Assembly: GCF_001194135.2 (NCBI RefSeq)
Contig: NC_068981.1
Coordinates: forward strand, 81,999,002 to 82,063,001
DNA length: 64,000 nucleotides
Origin: Octopus bimaculoides
Lineage: Eukaryota
Direction of reading: 5' to 3'
Shown piece by piece: positions 14,216 to 25,722 of this stretch. Position 1 is the first letter of the stretch. Every line of letters starts with the position of its first letter. A program made the translations under genes and the position numbers. The notes under the pieces were generated by a model, which saw nothing but the letters and a program-made list of their open reading frames with translations, was not told the DNA's origin and did no database searches.

Positions 14216-15039
14216 ATGGGAGCGCTTCTCAGTGAACCAGATGACTTTCGTAAGGATGCGGTATAAGGTGTAGTAGCTTTACTGCAAGGTATTTGGATAA
14301 ATCTTTCCCCGACTTTTATATAACGGAATGAGAATTAAGTGCACACTAAACGTTTCTGTACGTGTTTATTTACTTTAATCAAACGCATCCCTACTTAGCA
14401 AGCTATTGAACGGTAATTAGACTTTACATCGACATTTCACACAACGGTCAACACTATTTCTATATCTTTCTTTCTCTACTCGAAAGTTCGATGCGTGTCA
14501 AATAATAACCCCTTGTTTATCTTTCTTGCTCTCTCGGTTTCATTGAAACAGTTTGTTTTCCTTTTACTGTTATCTGTCTATCAAATGAACAGGTGTGATT
14601 ATTCTTGTTGCAGTAGATACCGTTTGTTTCGGCTGATGCGCGTTAATCTTGAAAAACCAGTGCGTCTATGTGCCTTTCATTGCGTATAATCTGTTATATG
14701 GTGGTATGTATCTGGTTATACTGTTATTCTTGTATTTTTATTGTTGTTGGTCATGTTTAGCCCCAGTCAATCCCGATCTGATCGAGAAAACCTATGCTAA
14801 AAGACATTCTAACTATTACAATCATGCACACAGTGTATGTAGAACCACATTTATCCAGTATGTTTTACCTCTTTTAAGAAAGTGGGTTTAAATTGTTCTT
14901 TCTAGGACGTCGAACGACCATATATTGCAGCTGCATCGCTTATGTTTGTTTCTTAATGTTATCATCATCATCATTCCGTTGGTGAATCAAAACAGCGGAA
15001 TCTGTATTAAATTACTTACACACATGAACAAAGGAATTT

Positions 15040-15300
15040 TGTTTTTCCTTTTGTCTTTTACCTGTTTCAATCATTGGACTGAGAACATGCTGGGGAATCG
15101 CTTTGAAAGATTTTTGTCAAACATATCGACCCAGTACGTTCTTTTTAAAGTCTGGTACTTATTGTATCAGATGACCATGCTGTACTGCTAAGTTACAGGA
15201 ATTTAAACCAATACAGATTGCCAAGGTACCGTACAGTGTGACTGAACCCGAAACCATGTAATTGCAAGCAAGTTTCTTAACTATACAATCATGCCTGCAC
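15040..15300 (-). mobile_element. SINE family B, degenerate
   Basis: cttttacctgtttcaatcattggactg...catgctgg...atcgacccag...gctaagttac...gaacccgaaaccatgt resembles the reverse complement of 52715-53170. Confidence 0.7.
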
Positions 15301-15327
15301 CTATGTATTTTTTGCATGTAAAGAGAG

Positions 15328-15610
15328 TGTTATAGTGAAAATGGTACTCCCCTTCCCACGTGACAAAGTGGTATGACAGGCCACTATAAAGTCAGACAGT
15401 CAGTCATTGTAGGAAGTCAGTAGTTGTAGAGTCGTTGTGCGAGTTCTCAGTTGGAGTCAGTGTTAGTTACATGATATATACGAGTTCGAGTTACCGTCAA
15501 GGTAGATGTTTCAAAGTCATTGTCTTCCGGAACTATCAGCGGTAGCCCGATAAACGAGTCAAAAATAATAAGACGCGGAATACCGCCATAACATAATAGT
15601 GGTGGCAAGA
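15328..15610 (+). mobile_element. putative LTR (15328-15593) followed by a PBS-like sequence
   Basis: Starts TGTTAT and ends ATAACA (perfect 6-bp terminal inversion); internal tataaa; tggtggca at 15600-15607 resembles a tRNA-Leu PBS; no flanking TSD. Confidence 0.4.
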
Positions 15611-15769
15611 ATATTACAGTGCCGACAATAACATACAATTGGACGAGGATCCATATTATAACAGAGATGATACCGAGAAGATGTGACATCGTGTCTTTTC
15701 CTAAAATATTTGAAGATTTAAGGAAAATGAAAATCGACACCATTTAAAAAAAAGACGCTAAATTGTAAT

Positions 15770-15920
15770 TCTAGTGGTCAAAGTGTTAGACCCACGATCT
15801 TATGGACATGGAATCGCTTCCCGAGTCGAGTGTCACGTTATATCGTTGGACTTGAGCAAAGCATTTCATCGGATGCTTCTCCAGTCTGCTCAGCTGAAAA
15901 TGAGTATCAGCTGCAATGCC
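15770..15920 (+). mobile_element. SINE family C head, degenerate
   Basis: ctagtggtcaaagtgttagac...cttgagcaaagcatttcatc...gctcagctgaaaatgagta parallels 9945-10090. Confidence 0.5.
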
Positions 15921-16483
15921 AACAGAAGCAACAGCAGCAGCAGCAACAGATACGAGTTAACCTTCTTATGAAGTAGTGACCGGTCGAGGATGGTTGGGGG
16001 TTACTTGTATTCTCAGTCACTTACCTCCTCAGGATCTGGTATTAGCTCCAGTCTAATGAATCTGCAAGCTTGAGACAGACGTTAACATTACCTCTATTAA
16101 AATGCTCCATCTAACGATTATATGTACCAATTATACAATGGCATATTTCCCTTACAGAAGTACGCGCTCCTTTCTAATATTTGCACGGTTACTGTATCTA
16201 CTATAAATAGAAATTAAATGTCCCCTAGATCATACTCAGCTCTCTTCTGAAAAGAAGACTACATTAGATAGCATAGTTTTAAATGGGCAAAAAGACGAGG
16301 TGATCAAGAATGGAACGTCTTTGAACAAAAGTTTACAGAATCTAGGCTGATCTGAAGGTTAAATAAAAGCAATCGGTTTACGGAGGTTACATGAGAGTCA
16401 GCTAATGACTGCCGTTGGCACAGTAATGTTTCTTTCTGTCTTTTCGGCCATCTATCACAATAAACAATACTATCTCTCTGGTT

Positions 16484-16575
16484 GTCTATCTGTCCGACCG
16501 TCTATCTGTCCGACCGTCTATCTGTCCGACCGTCTAGCTGTCCGATCGTCTATCTGTCCGACCGTCTAGCTGTCC
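16484..16575. repeat. 16-bp minisatellite (gtctatctgtccgacc), about 5.75 units
   Basis: Direct tandem units with single-base variants. Confidence 0.9.
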
Positions 16576-16832
16576 AAATGGTCCGCCTCTCTCTGTCTCG
16601 CTCTTTCCGATACTTATTTTAGCTCGAAAGAAATATGTACAATGATGCTTTGCTTTTCTTTCGATATTAGGGGATTTGGCTCCGTAGCCTGAATAAATCC
16701 AAATGAAAATTAAAATATTGTGGAAAGAACTCTAATGTGATTATGTTTCAATATAAGGTTAATTAGAATTAGCTTCTCACGAACTACGAAGAAACACATT
16801 CAAAAGAGAAGGATATCATCCATTCGTTTTCT

Positions 16833-17043
16833 TTTTCTACTATAGGCACAAGGCTTGAAATTTGTGGGGATCGGGATAGGCGATTACATCGACCCTAGTG
16901 GACGACTGGTACTTATTTTATCGATCTTGAAAGGATGAAAAGCAAAGTGGTCTCAGCAGAATTTGAACTTAAAACGTAACAACAGACGAAATGCCGCTAA
17001 GCATTTTGTCTGGCGGGCTAACGATTCTTCCAGCTCGCCGCCT
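16833..17043 (-). mobile_element. SINE family A copy
   Basis: Reverse complement of the family A head (ggcggcgagctggaagaatcgttagc) and body, with the taggcacaagg-type tail. Confidence 0.88.
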
Positions 17044-17179
17044 AACGAATTGACCTGTCTACATAAACATGCACATCACTTATTTTTTATCAACTAAGGA
17101 CAGATACATGACAAAAGTGATTGGTTAACAACAGAATCTGTTTTTTTTTTATTGGTTAACAACAGAATCATTTGAGCTT

Positions 17180-17480
17180 TCGAGGAAATGTCTACAGTAT
17201 TTAATTAGGGCGTCATTCATTCTGAGTTCAAATCCTGCGGAGGTAAACTTCGCCTTTTAACATTCCGGAGACGATAAAATAAATAGCCAGTCCAATAACG
17301 AAGTTGATTTAATATTCCTATAAATCTCATCCTTTCGGATGTTCATGAAGATATGATGTAAATAAAGCATCATCAGTTCTATAAAACAAGTACCAGTTGA
17401 GCACCGAGGTCGATGTAATCGACTTACTTATGCCCTTTCCCAAAGTTGCTGGCTTTGTGCCCAAATTTGAAACCAATATT
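17180..17480 (+). mobile_element. SINE family A, interrupted/degenerate copy
   Basis: ttctgagttcaaatcctgcggaggtaaacttcgcc and ataaaacaagtaccagttgagcaccgaggtcgatgtaatcgact...gctggctttgtgcccaaatttgaaacc. Confidence 0.75.
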
Positions 17481-17699
17481 CATATAAACCAATGTGTCTG
17501 AAACGTATTTTCGTTCGAAACTTGTATACGACTTTTTCAAAAATAGGGGAACATGCACCTATATATTATCGACAACCTGTACCCCACATAATTCTAATTA
17601 GACACAAATGAAATGTAAACTGTTTTTAGGAAAAATAATTTATTCATATAAAAATACAAAAAATAACTTAATATTTCGAAAACAGTGACTACTATTTTT

Positions 17700-17970
17700 G
17701 AAGTAGTTGCATGCTGTCAACTTAATGTGACAGTCCCCTGAAGGGAATAATACTATTGTTGGTTAGACCTAGGAAGCTGCACCGCTTCCTGTCGGCCTTG
17801 ACACACTTCCTGTGTCATTATGTTTACAAGGGGGAGTAAAGCATAAACATAAGGACACAGGAAGTGTGTCAAGGCCGACAGGAAGCGGTGCAGCTTCCTA
17901 GGTCTAACCAACAGTAGTATTTTTCCCTTCAGGGGACTGTCACATTAAGTTGACAGCATACAACTACTTC
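17700..17970. repeat. long inverted repeat / foldback element (127-bp arms, 17-nt spacer); probable MITE
   Basis: 17700-17826 is the reverse complement of 17844-17970 with 4 mismatches; spacer caagggggagtaaagca; no clear TSD. Confidence 0.9.
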
Positions 17971-18779
17971 ATCGTATCACTACTGCATAAATCTCTCATA
18001 GATTTAGAAATGTATTATTTCTAAACTATTTTTGACTTTCTCAGAAAATAATATTTCATTTAAAGACACCTTAGAATTTTCTCACTGATTAATTCTATTA
18101 CGACATCGGTCACTCTGTTACTGCGAACAATGCTTTCTAACTTAGAACAGATACTTAGTTTCACAGTTTTTATACAAAGTAAATTCTGTCGGTTTTAAAT
18201 ACAGGACTTTAAATTAATTTTGTCTCTCTACGGCGGTTCTGCTTCTCTAATCTGGCTATTTTGGAAAATGATAATGGTGAGTTAGCAATGTAAATGTTAA
18301 TAGAAATGCCTTATAATGATATTTTGTTTCGTCAAGATAGTCCTTGAGTTCAAATACTGACCGAGTCAGCTTAACTTCGACATGGGTCAACGAAAGTCGT
18401 ATCAGTAATATACTGAAGCTCGGTCAAAACGATTTGAGTTTGCCAGTTATCATGCAGTTTAGTGCTTTAAAAAACTGAAAGTAAATCGGCTAGCATTGAC
18501 GACCGTGATATCCCATAACTTCTTGTGAATAATGAACATGATTTAGTTAATGCATAAGATATGCTTTCTTGAAATACTATAACATGGAAACCGTACATAT
18601 TTTATATTAGAGACGATCACAGGAAACATGAAAGTCGTTGATGCACAGAATGATATTCGTGAATAATTTTTCACGATCCTTCAATTCTATCACTACTCAT
18701 GTTCTTGAAGATATGATGTAAATAAAGCATTACCACTTCTATATTGTCGTCTGGATTTCTTCGTAGCGAATATCCCAAG

Positions 18780-18990
18780 CTCTTCTATAGTTTGTCTATG
18801 AATGCTCTCATTGTTTGAATCAACGAAAAAAGAGAGAATGGTTGACAACTTCATGAGTATAGAAGTTACTTAGGCCCTCATAGGAAGCCCACCCATTGGA
18901 TATCAAATATGTTTCTGGCAATAACCAAAATGGTTCGCACATGTGATGAGAGACCTCAATAAGGCAACTATTGCCTATACCTCATTCTAC
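18780..18990 (+). mobile_element. possible RTE-like LINE remnant
   Basis: WFAHVMR (tggttcgcacatgtgatgaga) resembles the RW(F/L)GHVxR motif of RTE ORF2; surrounding frames are broken. Confidence 0.25.
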
Positions 18991-19519
18991 TGCATCAGAT
19001 ACCTATTTTCCTTCATGCCTCTCTCCTCAATAGTATTTCGGATGCACAAATTTGGACGTGTCTATTTCTATGGTAATAATGCATCCTGCATCATCCAATC
19101 TACAGAGTTACTGTGGATGAAGATTCCAAGTGCTGGTCACATACATTTCACAAGAAGTTGCACCAATCAAACCACAGTATTATAACTCGCAGTTCAAACG
19201 TCATTTCGTTCTGTGTAGAATCACTTACCCACATATACGCCAGTTGAATTATAACTAATAGAGTCAAATGACTCTTCTCAAAATTAGAATTAGCTCGTAT
19301 ACTCCGAATGAACCCACCGCTTTCTGTCGGTTCCTTCTCAATGTTCACATGTATCTGTGTTGGCTATCATGCGTCGACATACAAACCACCGAATTACTTT
19401 CTCAGTGTTGTTTGTTGTTAGATATAGCACATTCAAACGGTGTTCCTCAGCTGCTATTCTCAGCTGCTATACTTAGCATATCGCTTGAAGATACTTATAG
19501 AATTATGACCCTCTGATTC

Positions 19520-19660
19520 TTTGTAAGCCTAGTACTTATTCTATCAGTATTTTCCGCCGAGCCGCTAAGTTACAGGGACGTAAACACATGAACATCTCTT
19601 TCCAAGCGATAGTTGGGGACAAACATAGACATAAACACACACACACACACACACACATTT
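19520..19660 (-). mobile_element. SINE family B 3' portion
   Basis: ttctttgtaagcctagtacttattctatc...ccgctaagttacagggacgtaaacac...ggggacaaaca followed by a CA run. Confidence 0.85.
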
Positions 19661-19677
19661 ATATATATATATAAATC

Positions 19678-19845
19678 GTCTGTCTTTACATTTTGAGTTC
19701 AAATTCCGCCGAGGTCGACTTTGCCTTCCTTCCTTTCGGGGTCGATAAATTAAGTACCAGTTACGTACTGGGGTCGATCTAATCGACTGGTCCTTCCCCC
19801 CAAACTTTCGGGCCTTGTGCCTTGTGCCTTGAGTAGAAAAGAATA
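19678..19845 (+). mobile_element. SINE family A, 5'-truncated, well conserved
   Basis: gagttcaaattccgccgaggtcgactttgcc...cggggtcgataaattaagtaccagttacgtactggggtcgatctaatcgactgg...ggccttgtgcc. Confidence 0.9.
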
Positions 19846-20006
19846 ATATGGTTTACAATATATACAAAATATAGATTCAAATGCAGTTTCTAAATTCAAA
19901 TACTGATTTGGTGTATCTGATATAAGGACGAAAGGACCTGGTACTTCCAGCAATAAAACGAGATTCTACTGCACGACACGGGGGCCACTTTATTCAACAA
20001 CAAAAG

Positions 20007-20007
<1 letters not shown>

Positions 20008-20076
<69 letters not shown>

Positions 20077-20108
20077 GACTAATACTACTACTAATACTAC
20101 TACTACTA
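20008..20108. repeat. (CTA)n microsatellite
   Basis: Visible trinucleotide run. Confidence 0.95.
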
Positions 20109-20839
20109 GAAGAAGAATGACAACAACAACAACAACAGAAACAAACGTGTCCTTGTAGGTTGACTGTTGAAAGGTAAGATGGAAGTAAATAGGGAAAAGT
20201 ATTTAGTCTGTCACTCTACTGTTTCTGGCAATCTATCGTCATTAAAATGAACATAAACTATAACAAGCGGAAAGAAGTCACAGCAAGACACAACTTTCCC
20301 TACCGTCACCCCCACCAACGACACCTTTACTATACCCACCTCCATCATTACCACCAACACCACTATGAAAGAGAAAGCAAAACAAAAAGCACTAACGAAA
20401 ATGATAAAAATAAAGGGAGAAAAATGTGTGTAGCAACACCTAAGATGATGTTAAAATCGCCTTGCTATTCACACTGTTGTCGACATATGCCCTGGTCTGA
20501 CCCTTGAATGTGTATTTCGGAACATACACTCGTCATGCAGTATTTGATAACAGTGCAAAGGCAGTAGGGATTGCCGGGTCACTGAGTGCATTGTTTGGGT
20601 AGAAGTTGTAGTTAGTAAGTGTCGAGTGTTGTTTCGGATGTCGGAGGATAGAGTTAGAAGCGATTGTAGATGAAATTGTCCTTTTAACAACCCTACATAA
20701 TAACCGTAAAAGCAACGAAATACAACAAAACAGCAAAAATAATTATTAATAAACAAAAATAATCAATGAATGAAAAAGATAATTTTTTTTTACTTCCGGC
20801 TAAGTGAAACAATTTCCAACATAAGTCACATGAATATAC

Positions 20840-20982
<143 letters not shown>

Positions 20983-21269
20983 GACAAGTAGGCGGTGGGC
21001 AGTGAATGATCGGGGTTTGGATTTTGTGTCTGACAGGGAGACTGACTGAGATAAATGGATGGAAAGAGGGGTGGATGATGGATGGATAAAAAGGATCGTT
21101 GGGTAGGTAGATGGGTAGATGAATATTTGGGTGAATGGATAGATGAGTAGTTCGATACACACACACACACATATATATAGTGTAAAAATAGGTAGTTAAC
21201 TCACGATTAAATAAATCAATAGAATCTTTCACACGAATTCTGAAATGAAGGCAAAGAGGACAGCTATGA

Positions 21270-21430
21270 AGTTTTTAGTCGATTGAAATTGGTGTTTATT
21301 TTATGGACTCTGAGAGAAGGAAAGGCTAAGTCGACCTTGGTAGTATTTGAACTCAGCTCATGAAATGTAGAAATAAATTCCGCTAAGTATTTTTGGATGC
21401 AATAATGATTTTGTCAGCTGGCTTCCTTCA
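21270..21430 (-). mobile_element. SINE family A, degenerate
   Basis: aaaggctaagtcgaccttggtagtatttgaactcag...ccgctaagtat...taatgattttgtcagct. Confidence 0.65.
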
Positions 21431-22204
21431 GGGCAGGACAACTATAAATTGATAAACAGTGGATTTATGTCTGAATACACATTAAGAAAATTAATTAAAA
21501 GAGTAAAAATACACATATACACACATGCGCGCACACACGCACATACTTATATGAAGAAGAATGGAAGGCTCAAAAAAAAAAAATGGCAGGAAGGTTATGA
21601 TATGGGATAGTCTGTTATATCGCTCCTAGTAATTAGTAATTATTTTGTCGACCAGGTAAGAACGAAGAGCAGGTTTAGAGTTTAAATTCTCCAGCCTAAA
21701 GAGGACCCTACTTTTCGTTCTCCTATGAGAAACGAAAGATCATGAGTACAGGTTATTATTGTTGTGTAAACTTCAGGTCTACATATAGAATGGCAGTAGC
21801 GGGTCGAACAACTAGGAGGGATAGGTGCATATATGAGCCAATTGCCTATTTGAGTTGCCATAATCAACTACACATCTGATCCGGAAATTGTTCGATACCT
21901 ATGGCGAAATGACTTAACATAGATACTTCCAACTTCCATCGAGAACTAAACGACCTGATTTGGCCGTATATGTAGGTCATGCTGTACTGACATTACAGAA
22001 TTTTAGTGTATACTTTCACTTTCATTTTCTCATTTAATTTTATTATAAACATCCATACTTTTGTAAAGCCTCCAAACCCCAAATCCATCAACTTTGAGGC
22101 AAGCGTTAAAAAGTGTGTGGAGGGAGGGGGAGAATCCTGAATTCAAAGCATTTGGGGCAGATAAACGTGATCACATATTTAAAAAGATTGAAAGGTATAA
22201 TTAA

Positions 22205-22395
22205 GTTGACAGAAATGCCAGGGCATCTGAAAAGTGCTTTGCGGCTCTTTATGTCCTGAGTTCAAATCCTGCTGAAGTTAATTTTACCTTTCATCCTTAC
22301 GGTGTTGATAAAATATGTACCCATTTAGCGCTGTGGTTGATGCATTCCGCTTACTCGTCGTCTCAAAATTGATGGCCTTGTGTCAAAACTAGAAA
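22205..22395 (+). mobile_element. SINE family A, degenerate
   Basis: agttgacagaaatg...ctgagttcaaatcctgctgaag...ctttcatcctt...gataaaatatgtacc...ggccttgtgtcaaaactagaaag. Confidence 0.7.
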
Positions 22396-22429
22396 GAATT
22401 CTTCTTTTTCTTCTTCTCATTATCATTAT

Positions 22430-22449
22430 TGTTGTTGTTGTTGTTATAC

Positions 22450-22530
<81 letters not shown>

Positions 22531-22545
22531 CACTATTATTATTTA
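22430..22545. repeat. (TTG)n/(TAT)n microsatellite
   Basis: Visible run. Confidence 0.95.
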
Positions 22546-23879
22546 TACCGTAGGATCTGTATAGAAGTTATGACCGCTGTTTGTCAGCCATATCTTTACA
22601 TATTTCGCCCCTTTGAAGGGTTTGGCCAAACTTTAGCGCCTGACATCTGGAAAGTTGTCGGGGGATCAAGATTTTCTACCAAACAAAAAATGCGGCCGAT
22701 GTTTTGTCAAACCCTCCACAGACTGTTAGCAATGGGCAGGAGTTTTAATATTTACGAGAAGACTCTAAGCTTCGGCGAAATCCTACTTAACAGTCAATTC
22801 CAGAACTTCAACACAAAGACTATGCATAACTTCTAGAAAGCCAGCCTTGGCAGTTGTACAGAGAGAGCAGGATTCCCAGTTCGGATTAAACTAACTTGAT
22901 AATGATATAGCACTGTCAGCTGATCCCGGGACTGTCTTAAAAGCGCATAGGACAAATGAAATCATTCTGAACACACTTGCTGAATTGCAAGTTATGTCGG
23001 CTAGCAGTGTTTCGATTAGGACAAATCTGATTATTTGTCACTGCAATCGCGAACATTGCACCATGTCCGTCTTTTGATCGGAAAGAGTTAGTAATTTATC
23101 TCTGCCAGTTGGTTATAGAGAAAAAGATGGGATTGACTGCAGGCGCATACTTTCCTTTTTGCCCAAAATCTTTGCTAGCAGAGCTCTTTAGAGAGGCAGG
23201 TGAAAGCAGACAGAAAAGTACTGTTCCCTAGTGAATTTGCTTAAAGACAGGTGAAATATGATTACCTGGTGCGATTGAATGGATCTGGTCTCAACATGCG
23301 CCTGTAAAACCAGGAACCACAGCTGAAAGAGCTCTTAAATTTAGTGGTTCGGGTAACCTTTAATTTGTGAGAATCTCTGATTGGCCGTAGGTGACTGTTC
23401 TCATGTTAGAATGTTTCATTTTATTACTTTTCTTTATTATTATTATATATGGCGTAAGTTTTCACCACTAAGTTCCGCTTAACACCCCATGTTTTTTTTT
23501 TCTCTCATTTGTCTTTGTTTCCAATTATGACAAATTAAGAAATTATAAGTGAGAAAAAGTGGTGAGCAAGAATGTCTACTGTCAACATGTGCCTGTAGAC
23601 CGGGGAACGACAGCTATGAGATGGCATTTACCCTTGTTTCTAAGAATATTCCAAGATTTGTGAGACTCTTTGGTTACCTCTGGGCGAAGGGTCTCCTCCA
23701 GAGACATAAGCATTTTATATTGTTTTTACTTTCACTTTTACTTTTTTCTTCTCATTCTATTTCAGTATGAACCGCTCCCTTACTTTCTGTGACCAAGAAA
23801 TGTCTCGTCATTCGTTGTCCTTATAGCAAATAAAAGAAATCATCATAACCGTCGTCGTCGTCGTCGTCGTCGTTACTAT

Positions 23880-24340
23880 CGCTTGTGAATTGGTAGAATC
23901 GTTAGAAGGCGGTGAGCTGGCAGAAACGTTAGCACGCCGGGCGAAATGCTTAGTGGTATTTCGTCTGCCGTTACGTTCTGAGTTCAAATTCCGCCGAGGT
24001 CAACTTTGCCTTTCATCCTTTCGGGGTCGATAAATTAAGTACCAGTTACGCACTGGGGTCGATATAATCGACTTAATACGTTTGTCTGTTCTTGTTTGTC
24101 CCCTCTGTGTGTAGCTCCTTGTGGGCAATAAAGAAATAAGAATCGTTAGAAGGCCAGGAAAATATTTTGCGACATTTATTCTCGCTTTTTTACGTTCTCA
24201 GTTCTAGTCCTCTCGAGATGAACTTAGCCTTTCATCCTTTCGTGGGTGGTGTCGATAAAAATACCAGTCATATAGGGAGGTTGATATAATCGACTAATCG
24301 CCGTCCCTTCAAATTTGTTGGCCTTGTCTCTAAATTACCG
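23880..24340 (+). mobile_element. nested SINE family A: young full-length copy (about 23910-24138) inside an older copy
   Basis: Near-consensus copy flanked by the direct repeat agaatcgttagaagg at 23895-23909 and 24139-24153; older diverged copy continues to about 24340. Confidence 0.92.
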
Positions 24341-24939
24341 ACATTAATCTCGCTGTTATTGATGATATTGTAGTTGTTGTCGTTGTTAGCGGCGGTAGTG
24401 GTGAAAATTGAAAAACAACTTCCCCGCTAAAAAAAAAATAAAAAAACGTTTTTTTTTTTCACTTTCAACTTTCAAGCTCCGTCTTCGTCAAAATTGACTT
24501 TGCTTATGGCATCGGTGAAATAAGTATCAGTTATGAACCAAGAACGATGCAATTATCCCTATGTCTTAACAAAGAGTTGTCCCTTTTTTTTTCTTTTCCC
24601 ATGTAAGAAATCCTTTTGCAACGAATGCAGAAAGGGAGGGAGGAACTAGATAGACAGAGCTGAGAAACTACTTATGTTTCACTTCTCTGTCCAACTGATA
24701 AGGTCAACCAGTGTAAAAGTAGCAGCCAATAAGTTGATCAACTGTCTAGCTTTTTTGTTTGTTTTGCTCTCTTTATTTTCTTCTGCATAAAAGGACGTAT
24801 GTTGCATTTAAACTGACCAATTATCATTGCTGGATATTTATGACCTTATTTACTCCATTTCAGTAAGTTGCAGATGGCTGTATCAATAAAGTATCTCAAA
24901 CTAACAACCGACGGAGCAAGGTTTTGTATTCAATTACCA

Positions 24940-25055
24940 AGTACTGGCAAATTGGTTGAGTCGTTAGAGCGTTAGAAAGAATGCCATTTGGTATATTTCC
25001 CTGGTCTCTGTACTCTGAGTTCAAATCCCACCGAGGTTGACTTTGCATCATTTCC
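24940..25055 (+). mobile_element. SINE family A 5' fragment
   Basis: ggcaaattggttgagtcgttagagcg...ctgagttcaaatcccaccgaggttgactttgc. Confidence 0.75.
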
Positions 25056-25505
25056 CGGTCGTTATCTAAAGTGACAATCCTGATGGTTTATTTGTGGGTT
25101 GGTCATCCAATAAGCCTGGCTGTATCTGTTCCGACTCTTTGTTCGGTTTAGGAAGCACACCCCAATGTAATAGCCAGGTTTAATCATCCAACTACGGTAT
25201 CCTAAATGATTATGAAAGTTCCAGAGAATTGTAACAGTCTACTACTCGGATACGAGTTAATACCGACGGCGACGAATGTTATTATCGATCGTTGATGAAG
25301 ATTGGGTGGTGCCAATTAAGTAGCAATGGTAGTTGCACTGGTTACAGTTTAATGTAAATTTTCCCGCATATCCTGTCCCCTTAAGTGTAATAAAAATATA
25401 AAATGGGAAGGACCGAATACTTAGCAAATGTTTCATTACAGTTCAGTTCTGATCTAAAGTTTTGTCATAGTATTGAATTCCTGAAACCACAGTTACTCGT
25501 GTATT

Positions 25506-25682
25506 TTTTTACTTGTTTCAGTCATTAGACTGCGGTCATGCTGGAGCACCGCCTTAAAGAGGATCCACATGGTTTCGGGTTCAGTCACACTGCGTGGTAC
25601 CTTGGGCAGGTGGCTTCTTCTATAGCCTCGGTCTGACCAAAGCTTTGTGAATGGATTTGGTAGACGGAAACTGAAAAAAACT

Positions 25683-25722
<40 letters not shown>

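Noticed and set aside
15447-15743. 98-aa hydrophobic minus-strand ORF
   Set aside because: Antisense of the LTR/PBS stub; no splice or homology support.
16484-16575. Regularly spaced repeat considered as CRISPR-like
   Set aside because: Units are contiguous with no unique spacers; a minisatellite in eukaryotic DNA. No CRISPR array in the window.
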